64,000 nucleotides of DNA, from assembly GCA_963674745.2 (NCBI GenBank), contig CAXXDV010000002.1, positions 67,628 through 131,627 of the forward strand, read 5' to 3'. Under the pieces are notes generated by a model that ran no database searches, had not been told where the DNA came from, and worked only from the letters and a program-made list of their open reading frames with translations. The position numbers were made by a program, and so were the translations under genes. This DNA comes from Desulfosudaceae bacterium. Lineage in GTDB: Bacteria; Desulfobacterota; Desulfobacteria; Desulfobacterales; Desulfosudaceae. This document shows, piece after piece, positions 44,906 to 54,380 of the stretch. Within the stretch, counting starts at the first letter, position 1. Every line of letters starts with the position of its first letter.

Positions 44906-45691
44906 CTATTTTTTTAAGGCTGACGGTGGTTTTGGTATCATCAGCCGGTCGATCACCATGGCAAAATAATCGGTACTTTTGGCCCCTTTGACCGGGATAC
45001 CGTTGACATAGAAATAGGGCACACTGGTTAAATTCAGTTGCCTGGCCTCGGCCTGATCGGCTGCGATAATTTTTGTCACGGCATCCGAATCGCGATCTTC
45101 GTTGAATTTCGCAAGGTCAAGGCCGAGCTCTCCGGCCAGCTGGAGGTAACCCGCGTCGTTCAACTTGGACATATCGGCAAACAGCATGTCCCGGAATTCT
45201 TTGAATTTACCCTGAATGTCGGCGGCCAGCGCGGCCTTGGCAGCCCCCATGGCCTTGCTGTGATTGGGCAGGGGGGTGTTTTTATATACCAGTCTCAGCT
45301 TGCCCGGATATGTCGCCATCAACTCGTTCATGGTCGTGACCGAACGGGCGCAATAGGGGCATTGAAATTCTGAGAAGCAGACAATTGTGATAGGTGCGTC
45401 CCCAGGCCCTATGGAGGGGTTGTCTTCTCTGACGGGAACGTTCGCGGGATGCTTGAAGCTGTATTCAAGCTGCTGCGCTTCTCTTTGTTCCGCCAGTTCA
45501 CGCTTGTAGGCCATATAGGCGTCATAAACCATCTTGGGGTCATTCTGGATGACCTGGATGATGGCCTCGCGAAGCAGTTTTTCGTCAATATTGACCGTGC
45601 CGACGGCTACATCCGAGGCCGCAGCCGGCCTGGCGGCAAAAATGATTAACCCGCTCAAGACGGACAGAAACGTCAGGTATAATGTTCTCAT
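44906..45691 (-). CDS. DsbA-family thiol-disulfide oxidoreductase
   Basis: Signal peptide; FSEFQCPYC; SVPYFYVNG. Confidence 0.9.
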   Translation of the reverse strand: MRTLYLTFLSVLSGLIIFAARPAAASDVAVGTVNIDEKLLREAIIQVIQNDPKMVYDAYMAYKRELAEQREAQQLEYSFKHPANVPVREDNPSIGPGDAPITIVCFSEFQCPYCARSVTTMNELMATYPGKLRLVYKNTPLPNHSKAMGAAKAALAADIQGKFKEFRDMLFADMSKLNDAGYLQLAGELGLDLAKFNEDRDSDAVTKIIAADQAEARQLNLTSVPYFYVNGIPVKGAKSTDYFAMVIDRLMIPKPPSALKK

Positions 45692-45890
45692 AGGTTCTCC
45701 TCCGAGGGGTATCGTTAAAAAAACAGGTTTCAGAATTTCATAAACGCTATGATATAAAAAATAAAGGGAAAAGTCGATGGTCCGGGTGATTGATGTCCGG
45801 TTTGATAAGAATTGAACATTGGTCGCCGGTCATGGTATGGTGACCATCCAAATTACAGGTCACATCAGGAACAGGCACAGGAAACATGAG

Positions 45891-46919
45891 ATGACGCGAA
45901 TCGGTTCTGTCGAACTGGCTAACAAGGTCGTTCTGGCACCGCTGGCAGGGATAACGGACCTGCCCTTTCGCCGGCTGGTCAAGGCGCACGGCTGCGGCCT
46001 GGTGTATTCGGAAATGATCAGTTCCAACGGGCTGGTTTACAATTCCGGTAAAACACGTCAGATGCTGGCCAGTGATCCTGAGGAAAAGCCGCTGGCGGTT
46101 CAGATTTTCGGCGCCAACCCGGATATCATGGCCCGGGCGGCGGTAGATGTGGAAGCATCCGGGGCCGATATGATCGACATCAATTTCGGCTGTTCCGTTA
46201 GAAAGGTGGTGAAAACCGGTGCCGGCGCGGCCTTGATGAAAACACCGGAACTGGCGGAAGACGTGATCCGGGCAGTGCGTGAAGCGGTTTCCATTCCCCT
46301 GACCATTAAAATCCGCAGCGGCTGGGACAGGTCCGGTAAAGAGGCCTTTACCCTGCTTGAAATCGCTGAAAAGAACGGCGTTGACGCCATCGCGGTGCAC
46401 CCGCGAACCGCCGGCCAGGGATTCGGCGGGCAGGCCGACTGGCGGCTGATTGCCGAAATAAAGCAACAGTCGTCCCTGCCGATAATCGGCAACGGTGACA
46501 TCAAAAGTGCCGAAGATGCCCGGCGTATGCTCGAAGAAACCGGTTGTGACGCCGTTATGATCGGCCGGGCGGCCATCGGCAACCCCTGGATTTTTTCAGA
46601 AACCGTGGCCCTGCTGGCGGGATGTGATCCCCCGACCTGTTCCGTGCCTGACCGCTGTGACGCCATGCACCGCTACCTGGCCGAAGCGGTCCACCGTTAC
46701 GGTGAACACCAGGCCTGCCGGATGATGCGCAGCCGCCTGGGCTGGTTTGTCAAAGGCCTTCCCAGCAGTTCCCATTTCCGGGAATCCATCAAGCACCTGG
46801 CCACGCAACAGGAAGCCCAAATCCTGATTACGGCTTATCGGGAATTTCTCGAAAATTATTCGGAAAAAAGAAACGCCACGGCAACAGGGCCGGCTTTCCC
46901 CTCCTGCTGGAAGGGTTGA
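45891..46919 (+). CDS. dusB: tRNA-dihydrouridine synthase B
   Basis: LAPLAGITD, VQIFG, DINFGC, KIRSGW, HPRT, GNGDI, GRAAIGNPWIF. Confidence 0.9.
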   Translation: MTRIGSVELANKVVLAPLAGITDLPFRRLVKAHGCGLVYSEMISSNGLVYNSGKTRQMLASDPEEKPLAVQIFGANPDIMARAAVDVEASGADMIDINFGCSVRKVVKTGAGAALMKTPELAEDVIRAVREAVSIPLTIKIRSGWDRSGKEAFTLLEIAEKNGVDAIAVHPRTAGQGFGGQADWRLIAEIKQQSSLPIIGNGDIKSAEDARRMLEETGCDAVMIGRAAIGNPWIFSETVALLAGCDPPTCSVPDRCDAMHRYLAEAVHRYGEHQACRMMRSRLGWFVKGLPSSSHFRESIKHLATQQEAQILITAYREFLENYSEKRNATATGPAFPSCWKG

Positions 46920-47018
46920 CGAAACATCTCGATTGTGTAATTATAAAAGGGATAACAATTCGTTATTCGTGTATTTGTTCTTTACCCGTCTGCTTCCCCA
47001 TCAAGAAAGGAGCCAGCC

Positions 47019-48932
47019 ATGACCGACCGCTATGAGACCGTTTATCAGCAATCCATCAACGATCCTGAAACATTCTGGGCCGAGGCCGCCAATGACTGCC
47101 ACTGGTATAAAAAGTGGAACAGGGTTCTGGACATCTCCAATAAACCGCTTTACCGCTGGTTTGAGGGCGGGGAGTTGAACACCTGCTACAATGCCCTGGA
47201 TTATCATGTCGATGACCGGGGCAGGGGAGACCGGATCGCGCTGATTTACGACAGCCCGGTTACCGATACCATTAAAAAGTATACTTACGCCGAGTTGCGT
47301 GACACCGTGGCCCGTTTCGCAGGTGTCCTGGCTGATCAGGGCGTTGTCAAGGGTGATCGGGTGGTGATCTATATGCCCATGATTCCCGAAGCGGCCGTGG
47401 CCATGCTGGCCTGTGCCCGTATCGGCGCCATTCATTCGGTGGTTTTCGGCGGTTTTGCCGCAAAGGAACTGGCCACCCGGATTAATGACTCACAACCCAA
47501 AGTCATTATTTCGGCTTCCTGCGGAATTGAAGGCCAGCGGGTCATCGCCTATAAACCCCTGCTGGATGAAGCCATCGACATCGCTGCCGCCAAGCCTCAA
47601 AAATGTATCGTCTTTCAGCGCCCGCAACAGGAGGCGCCTCTTATTGATGGCCGTGATGTTGACTGGGATCAGGCCATGGCAGCCGCATCTCCGGTTGATT
47701 GCGTACCGGTGGCTGCCACCGATCCGCTGTATATCCTCTATACATCCGGCACTACCGGCCAACCCAAGGGCGTTGTCCGGGATAACGGCGGACATATGGT
47801 GGCCCTGAAATGGACCATGAAAGCCATCTATGACATTGACGAGGATGATGTCTGGTGGGCGGCCTCCGATGTCGGCTGGGTCGTCGGCCATTCCTACATC
47901 GTTTATGCGCCGCTGTTCAAGGGCTGCACCACCATACTGTTTGAAGGTAAGCCGGTCGGTACCCCGGACGCGGGCGTATTCTGGCGCATTATCTCCGAGC
48001 ACAAGGTCAAGTGCATGTTTACCGCGCCCACGGCCTATCGGGCCATCCGCCGGGAGGACCCTGACGCCAGGCTGATCAGGAACTACGATCTGTCCCAATT
48101 TAAAATCCTGTTTCTGGCCGGTGAACGGTCGGATCCGGCCACCATCCAGTGGTCGGAAAAACATCTGGGTACACCGGTGATCGATCACTGGTGGCAGACC
48201 GAAACCGGCTGGGCCATTGCCGCCAACTGCATGGGCATTCAGCAGTTCCCGGTCAAATACGGCTCTCCCACCAAGGCCGTACCGGGATGGGATGTCCGGG
48301 TGCTGGATGACGAGAACAACGAAATGCCCGCCGGCGAGATCGGCGCGCTTTCGGTTAAACTGCCCTTGCCGCCCGGCACCCTGCCGACCCTGTGGCAGAA
48401 CGACCAGCGGTATATCGAGACCTACCTGACGGACTACCCGGGATATTACAAGACGGCGGATGCCGGCATGATCGACGAGGACGGCTATGTTTATGTCATG
48501 AGTCGTACAGATGATATCATCAATGTGGCCGGTCACCGGCTTTCCACCGGCGCCATGGAAGAGGTCCTGGCCAATCTTCCGGACGTGGCCGAATGCGCAG
48601 TTCTGGGCGTGGAAGATACATTAAAAGGCCAGGTGCCGGTGGGGTTTCTGGTGTTGAACGCCGAAACCTCCCGTGACCCCGAAGAAATCATCCGGGACGC
48701 GGTGCAGCAGGTCAGAAAACAGATCGGGCCGGTGGCCGCGTTTAAACTGGCCACCGTGGTCAAGCGCCTGCCCAAGACCCGGTCCGGTAAGATCCTGCGT
48801 GGTACCATCCAGAAGATTGCCGACAACCGGGAATTTTCCGTTCCGGCCACCATCGATGATCCCACCATCATCGGCGAGATCAAGACATCTCTGGAGAATC
48901 TGGGACTGGCCGGAAAAAGGGCGGGGGATTAG
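47019..48932 (+). CDS. prpE: Propionyl-CoA synthetase (acetate/propionate--CoA ligase)
   Basis: YTSGTTGQPKGVVRDNGG, DHWWQTETGW, PKTRSGKILR; aggag RBS. Confidence 0.9.
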   Translation: MTDRYETVYQQSINDPETFWAEAANDCHWYKKWNRVLDISNKPLYRWFEGGELNTCYNALDYHVDDRGRGDRIALIYDSPVTDTIKKYTYAELRDTVARFAGVLADQGVVKGDRVVIYMPMIPEAAVAMLACARIGAIHSVVFGGFAAKELATRINDSQPKVIISASCGIEGQRVIAYKPLLDEAIDIAAAKPQKCIVFQRPQQEAPLIDGRDVDWDQAMAAASPVDCVPVAATDPLYILYTSGTTGQPKGVVRDNGGHMVALKWTMKAIYDIDEDDVWWAASDVGWVVGHSYIVYAPLFKGCTTILFEGKPVGTPDAGVFWRIISEHKVKCMFTAPTAYRAIRREDPDARLIRNYDLSQFKILFLAGERSDPATIQWSEKHLGTPVIDHWWQTETGWAIAANCMGIQQFPVKYGSPTKAVPGWDVRVLDDENNEMPAGEIGALSVKLPLPPGTLPTLWQNDQRYIETYLTDYPGYYKTADAGMIDEDGYVYVMSRTDDIINVAGHRLSTGAMEEVLANLPDVAECAVLGVEDTLKGQVPVGFLVLNAETSRDPEEIIRDAVQQVRKQIGPVAAFKLATVVKRLPKTRSGKILRGTIQKIADNREFSVPATIDDPTIIGEIKTSLENLGLAGKRAGD

Positions 48933-49639
48933 CCTTTTTGGTAGCGATAACCCACCCCGTGGACGGTATGAATGAGTTCCGGTTTTGAGGGATCGGTTTC
49001 GACTTTTTTCCGGAGCCGGGCAATATGCTGGTCCAGGGTCCGGGTGGTACCGTAGTAATCAATGCCCCACACCTCGTTGAGCAGGTTGTCCCGGCTGAGC
49101 ACTTCATCGGGACGGGAAAAGAACACAAAAAGCAGCTTGACCTCTCTTTCGGAAAGGTCGATGCCCTGCTTTCCCTTCAGCAGCCTGAACTGGCGGGTAT
49201 TGACAACGGCGTTGCCGAACGGAAATTCGTCCGGCATGGCGGCCTGACCGTTGTCCGGGGCTTTGGTTCGTCTGGACCGCCTGAGCACGGCTGAAATTCT
49301 GGCCAGCAGTTCGTGCACACCGAACGGTTTGGTAATATAGTCATCCGCCCCGAGTTCCAGGCCGAGCACTTTGTCGATCTCCTCGCCCTTGGCCGTCAGC
49401 ATGATGATCGGTGTCTCCCGGTCTGTTGAGCGAATGTCCCGGCACAGGTCATAACCGCTTTTCTCCGGCATCATGATGTCCAGCATGATCAGGTCAAACC
49501 GGGTCCGGCCGAGCAGGTCAGCGGCCTTTTGGCCGTCAGCCGCGGATGTCACCCGGTATCCTTCGCTTTCCAGGGTATCGACCAGGCCTTCGCGTATATG
49601 GTGATCGTCTTCGGCCACTAAAATATGAATTGATGACAT
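48929..49639 (-). CDS. OmpR-family response regulator
   Basis: AEDD, LDIMMP, LTAK, DDYITKPF, winged-helix tail TVHGVGY. Confidence 0.95.
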   Translation of the reverse strand: MSSIHILVAEDDHHIREGLVDTLESEGYRVTSAADGQKAADLLGRTRFDLIMLDIMMPEKSGYDLCRDIRSTDRETPIIMLTAKGEEIDKVLGLELGADDYITKPFGVHELLARISAVLRRSRRTKAPDNGQAAMPDEFPFGNAVVNTRQFRLLKGKQGIDLSEREVKLLFVFFSRPDEVLSRDNLLNEVWGIDYYGTTRTLDQHIARLRKKVETDPSKPELIHTVHGVGYRYQKG

Positions 49640-49659
49640 CTCAAAGCCTCGTTTTTTTC

Positions 49660-49773
49660 GGGCAGGCACAGGGGCCTGTCCCTACGGAGATTACGGGCAC
49701 CCACAGGGGGCCGTCCCTACATTATGCATAATCATCCGCCTCGAACCGTAGGGGCACCCCCCTGTGGGTGCCC
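49660..49773. repeat. Cluster of three GTAG-type REP palindromes
   Basis: 49660-49685 and 49695-49720 end in CCTAC; 49748-49773 begins GTAGGGGCACCC..GGGTGCCC in the opposite orientation. Confidence 0.8.
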
Positions 49774-49775
49774 GT

Positions 49776-51503
49776 TCATGAATTGTCCGGGTCGGGACAA
49801 ATCGGCAGGGACACCACAAAGCAACTGCCGCCGCTCTGCCCCGGCCGGTAAATGATGTCGCCGCCCAGGTCCCGCAATATCCGCCGGGCAATGCTCAACC
49901 CCAGACCCGTGCCCTGCTGTTTAGCGGTCAGGGAATCATCCACGCGATGGAACTGTTCGAAAATCCGCTCCTGGTGATCGCCCGGCACGCCCGGCCCGTT
50001 GTCGGCCACTTGGATCAGGGCCCGCTCTCCTGTTGTTTCCAACGATATCTTCAGCTCTCCACCGCCGGCATACTTGACGGCATTGTCGATCAGATTGACC
50101 ATGACCTGGTCAATGGCGTCCCGGTCGGCCAGCACGACAATCGATTTGTCCGGCAGGACGGTTTCAAGTTTCATACCGGCTTCTTTTATCGGCAGGGCCT
50201 GGGACGAGAGAATTTCCTGTATGTATTCGGTCATGTTGATCGTTTCGGGATGATATTTTTTTTTCCCCTGTTCCAGTCGGGAAAAGTCCAGCACGTTGTT
50301 TACCAGCCGCGTCAGGCGCCGGGTCTCGGAAACAATGACCTGGAGATAATGGCGTTTCTTGTCCGGGTCGGAGATCCTTCCGCCGAACAACAGCTCGGCG
50401 TACATGCGGATACTGGTCAGTGGTGTTTTCAGCTCATGGGACACGTTGGAAACAAACGATGTTTTTTCAAGCGCGTCTTTTAAATTACGATGCGCCTGCC
50501 AGGTCAGCATGCCGCCCCCGAATATGATCGCCGCCAGAAAAATGACCAGCAACAGTCCGGACAGCAACAGGAAACGCTGACCGGACAGGGCGGCGGCTTT
50601 TTCCCCCGGATAAACAGCCAGTTCCCAGTGGGGAAGCTCAGGTGCCAGGGAGACAATCGCTTCCGGAACGGTCTGCCGGTCGATCTGAGCCGTACCGATC
50701 TGGTGGAGAATCCGGCCGCTGTCATCCTTGAGGGCATACACGATGTCCCCGGTCTTTCCTGATGGAAAGTCGGTTATCAGCCTGGACAGCAGGGTCATCA
50801 GCTCCAGTTCCACGCCGTAGACAGGCCCTTTGGGGGCCTTGCGAACCCAGCCTAAAACATACAGCCGATTTTCCACAAACCACGGTATCCAACCGCCTGT
50901 TCCGACGGTTTGCCCGGCATCCGACAATGCTCGCGCTGGCGGTGCCGCCGCCGGCTCCTTGCTCCGCAACATAGCCACCAGTTCCTGCCGGCCGGATCTT
51001 GTTTTTTTGGAGAAAAACCCTTTTTCTGATCGTTCCTGATCGGCGTACGTTTGGAATGATGAATTATCGGAAATATCGGACCTGTCATCCGATGCCCAGG
51101 GAATGCGGCCTGAAAACAGGCCGTCAAACCGGTCTATAAAACGTCTTTCCTCGGCCGTGGCGGCCAGGCCCGATAAAGGGTACTGGAGGCCGGTGGTTTC
51201 GTCCCAGACGAAAACATTGCGGATCAGCGGGTTGGATGCTTCCCATTTCAACAGGGTGTCAACCCTGCGGTGATCGGGGATTCCATACAGGGCCTGCTGC
51301 AGTTCGTCTTCAACGGTGTCAATGGTGATCTGCAGTGTCTCCGCGATGGATCGGGCTCTTTCATGGCGTGAGTCCCGGGCCAGTTGGGTGATCCGCTCCT
51401 GTTCATGGATCAGCATCCGACCGGCGGCCAGGCAGATCGCCACGGCCGGGATCAGCATCAACAGCCAGTATATGATGATAGAGCGTTTTTTCATGATGGA
51501 CAC
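49776..51503 (-). CDS. Membrane sensor histidine kinase
   Basis: Two TM helices; SHELKTPL, NLIDNAVKY, DNGPG, GTGLGL. Confidence 0.95.
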   Translation of the reverse strand: MSIMKKRSIIIYWLLMLIPAVAICLAAGRMLIHEQERITQLARDSRHERARSIAETLQITIDTVEDELQQALYGIPDHRRVDTLLKWEASNPLIRNVFVWDETTGLQYPLSGLAATAEERRFIDRFDGLFSGRIPWASDDRSDISDNSSFQTYADQERSEKGFFSKKTRSGRQELVAMLRSKEPAAAPPARALSDAGQTVGTGGWIPWFVENRLYVLGWVRKAPKGPVYGVELELMTLLSRLITDFPSGKTGDIVYALKDDSGRILHQIGTAQIDRQTVPEAIVSLAPELPHWELAVYPGEKAAALSGQRFLLLSGLLLVIFLAAIIFGGGMLTWQAHRNLKDALEKTSFVSNVSHELKTPLTSIRMYAELLFGGRISDPDKKRHYLQVIVSETRRLTRLVNNVLDFSRLEQGKKKYHPETINMTEYIQEILSSQALPIKEAGMKLETVLPDKSIVVLADRDAIDQVMVNLIDNAVKYAGGGELKISLETTGERALIQVADNGPGVPGDHQERIFEQFHRVDDSLTAKQQGTGLGLSIARRILRDLGGDIIYRPGQSGGSCFVVSLPICPDPDNS

Positions 51504-51528
51504 AAATTACCACACATTTCGGGCTTCC

Positions 51529-51670
51529 GGGTACCTCAAAAATTGCCTTTTGGCCCGATGTCGGCGTTGTGCTCAAATTTTAATCCTCGAAATACTTCTA
51601 TGTATTCCTCCGGTATAAAATTTTCACACGCCTTGACCTCGAACCAAAATTCTAATTTTTAGAGATACCC
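51529..51670. mobile_element. Putative MITE (142 bp) with imperfect terminal inverted repeats
   Basis: Left end gggtacctcaaaaatt; reverse complement of right end gggtatctctaaaaatt. No coding capacity. Confidence 0.6.
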
Positions 51671-51675
51671 TCGAT

Positions 51676-51705
51676 TAAAGGCGGCCCTGATCCGGACCGC
51701 CTTTA
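51676..51705 (-). terminator. Terminator after the VWA gene
   Basis: taaaggcgg ... ccgccttta stem. Confidence 0.6.
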
Positions 51706-51712
51706 TGACCTG

Positions 51713-53083
51713 TTATCTGGACATTTGCTGATTTTTCAACTGAAAGGAATCGGTGCGCATTTCTTTTCTTTTCGTCTTGCTCATTCCTTCCTGCTTGAGT
51801 ATCTCGGCCTGGTCTTCCATTTTTTTGGCTTCTTCCAGCAGAACTTCATCCTGCAGTATCCTGCCCCGTTCCTTTAATGCCTGTGCCGACTGCTGCAAAG
51901 CGCCGATGGCCGCCGGGGCGTTGCCGGCATCGAAATACTCGATGGCCTTTTCTTCGGCTTCGGCTTTCAGGTTAAGGTGAAGTTCGCGCTGAACACCCAC
52001 ATTGGCCGACTTTTCCACGGCCTTTTTGTCTTTGCTGAAGCTGGCACTGGCGATGCCCCTGGATGTTTCTTTTTTTTGGGTAAAGGGATTCTCATAGGTT
52101 ACCCTGGCCCGGGCGATATCCATGTTTTTTCCGCTTTGACCGGCCGGTACGCGGACTTCCACCAGGGCGTATTTTTCCTGGCCCCCGTAAAGCTGGTTTA
52201 AGGAAAGCTCGACCTTGCCATTTTTGATCCGGCCGTCCCGGCCGATGATTTTAATCGGTTCAACGCCGTCGGGGCATTCGATAATGACGTGAACCTGTTT
52301 GGCCACCACGTTTAAGACATCTCCCAGTTCGGCGGTAAATATCCGGGGCAGGTCCCGGCTGGATTCAACAAAATAGGTGTTGCCGTCACTGTTCTGGGAC
52401 AGGCGGGTCATCAGGTCTTCGTTGTAGTCTGTTCCCACGCCGATGGTGGTGACGGAAATGCCTTCCTTGATAAGGGCCGCGCCCAGGCGCCCCAGGTCTT
52501 CCGGCCCGCTCGGGCCCACATTGGCCAATCCGTCGGACAATAAAAGGATACGATGGATATAACGACTGCTCAGGTGCTTGCGAATTTCCGAAGCGCCCTG
52601 GCTGACGCCGCCGAACAGGGCCGTGTTACCCCCCGGATATATGCCCCTGATCCTGGACTCGATCCATTCGGTGTTGACGGCGCTCTGGGCGGGTATGATG
52701 GTGTCGACGTTATGGTCGTAAATGACCATGGAGAACAGGTCCCCGGATCCCAGCCGGCGCAGGGCCTCGATGGCCGCTTCTTTTGCTTTTTCGATTTTCT
52801 GGCCGGACATGGAACCCGAACGGTCGAGCACGATGCACAGGTTGACCGGCGGGCGGGCAATTTCGGACGGCGGCAAAGGCGCGTCCAGGGTGACTTTGAC
52901 CACCACCTGCTGGGGACCATCGGCCGGCAGAACCGACCGGTCCAGTTCAACCCGGCAGGCCACCTGCGACCCGGTCGCGCCGGATGCGGTCAAAATAGTT
53001 CCGAGACTGAAGACGAACAGGCAACCAACGGTAAAAACCAGCCTTTTCCATCCGGTTCTGTTTTTCTGTTGAACGTTTTTCAT
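51713..53083 (-). CDS. Exported VWA-domain protein (YfbK-like)
   Basis: Signal peptide; VLDRSGSM MIDAS motif; LLSDGLANVG; aggagg RBS. Confidence 0.92.
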   Translation of the reverse strand: MKNVQQKNRTGWKRLVFTVGCLFVFSLGTILTASGATGSQVACRVELDRSVLPADGPQQVVVKVTLDAPLPPSEIARPPVNLCIVLDRSGSMSGQKIEKAKEAAIEALRRLGSGDLFSMVIYDHNVDTIIPAQSAVNTEWIESRIRGIYPGGNTALFGGVSQGASEIRKHLSSRYIHRILLLSDGLANVGPSGPEDLGRLGAALIKEGISVTTIGVGTDYNEDLMTRLSQNSDGNTYFVESSRDLPRIFTAELGDVLNVVAKQVHVIIECPDGVEPIKIIGRDGRIKNGKVELSLNQLYGGQEKYALVEVRVPAGQSGKNMDIARARVTYENPFTQKKETSRGIASASFSKDKKAVEKSANVGVQRELHLNLKAEAEEKAIEYFDAGNAPAAIGALQQSAQALKERGRILQDEVLLEEAKKMEDQAEILKQEGMSKTKRKEMRTDSFQLKNQQMSR

Positions 53084-53229
53084 TTTTCTGCCTCCTTGTG
53101 CGGGTTATGGTTAAGTTTCAAGCCGGTTAATTTTTCATCCTGGCTTACATTGAACCACACCCAAAAACAGGAGTTGTCACCCGGTCGTCAATTATATGTA
53201 AAAAAGTTGTAAAAAAAAGAACGCCATAA

Positions 53230-53937
53230 TTATAAATCGGCGCCGTTGTTCACATTCGGCGCATTAGGTGTTTTAAAAACAAAACAGTAGATAATCATCA
53301 GCACAAACATCACGGCGGTGATGCCGCCGAAAAGTTCGTTCAGGATGGATCGGTGCATAAAAGCACCGGCGGCCAGCAAAAAGCAGACAATACCGGCCAC
53401 GGCAATGATTTTTGAATACAGGCCGCCTTTGAAAAAATAGGGGGCCAGGAAAAGAAAAATCAGGGCCAGGCTGCCCCACTTTATCCAGGTCATGGGATGA
53501 AGGCGATCCAGGTATACCCCGATATCCATTGTTTCAATATTGGCGGTAATACCCAGCAGTTGAATGTTTTCAAGGGCGTCACCGGCTAACGCAAGGCCTG
53601 CCAGAAAAACGGGAATATAAAACAGCTTCCGTTTGGTGATCCGGGCGCACGTTCGGGAAAAAAGCGCCAGAAGCCCTGAATATAAAAGCATGTAGATATA
53701 ATCCAGCTTGTTCCCGAGATCCATGGCCTTGATGATTGCCTGCCTTGCAGGTGTATCTTCCGGCCCGAAAATGGTTTTGACGTCCTCGACGGTGCGGACA
53801 AATTCAAAGGCGATGATCGGCGTGATAAAACCGTCCGGCATGGCCGGCAGTCTGGCGGGAAAAATAAACAGCAGGACAATGCTCATGAAAATTAATGCCA
53901 GCCCGATCAAGCCGGTACGGAAAAACGGTCGAATCAT
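53230..53937 (-). CDS. Hypothetical multi-pass membrane protein
   Basis: Six or seven hydrophobic segments; DYIYMLLY, DALEN, IKW motifs. Confidence 0.8.
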   Translation of the reverse strand: MIRPFFRTGLIGLALIFMSIVLLFIFPARLPAMPDGFITPIIAFEFVRTVEDVKTIFGPEDTPARQAIIKAMDLGNKLDYIYMLLYSGLLALFSRTCARITKRKLFYIPVFLAGLALAGDALENIQLLGITANIETMDIGVYLDRLHPMTWIKWGSLALIFLFLAPYFFKGGLYSKIIAVAGIVCFLLAAGAFMHRSILNELFGGITAVMFVLMIIYCFVFKTPNAPNVNNGADL

Positions 53938-54104
53938 ACTTATCTCCCCTGAACAGTTCTGTTACAGAAAGTGAAATCTGAATGCTAACCTGTTGTACTA
54001 TACAAAAATTTATACGGCCAGGAAAACAGAAGGGGCGAGGGCTTAAAAGGAGAAAGACAGGAATATCTCCTCCGATTTTTTGTTTTGTCCGGTCTGTTGG
54101 ATGA

Positions 54105-54197
54105 CTGGATTGCCCGGTCAAGCCGGGCAATGACAGTGGTAAGTGCCGGGTAATGACTCCTTTCTACGTCATCATCCGGCTCGACCGGATGATCCAG
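54105..54197. repeat. Pair of inverted 30-bp palindromic repeats (CTGGAT...ATGAC family)
   Basis: ctggattgcccggtcaagccgggcaatgac (54105-54134) and gtcatcatccggctcgaccggatgatccag (54168-54197), with partial copies nearby. Confidence 0.85.
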
Positions 54198-54380
54198 AGT
54201 AAAATTGGCTGGATTGCCCGATTGGTTCTAATTTCCAGTTCGTAACACAATAAATAACAGAAAATAGAGTAACACTCCGGATTCGTTCTTCCAAATATTC
54301 GGCGCGGTTGTAAACCCTGTACACTTTATTTATGCCATTCAGGGTATCCTGATTACAATACATGCGGTCAGACCGGCGAT

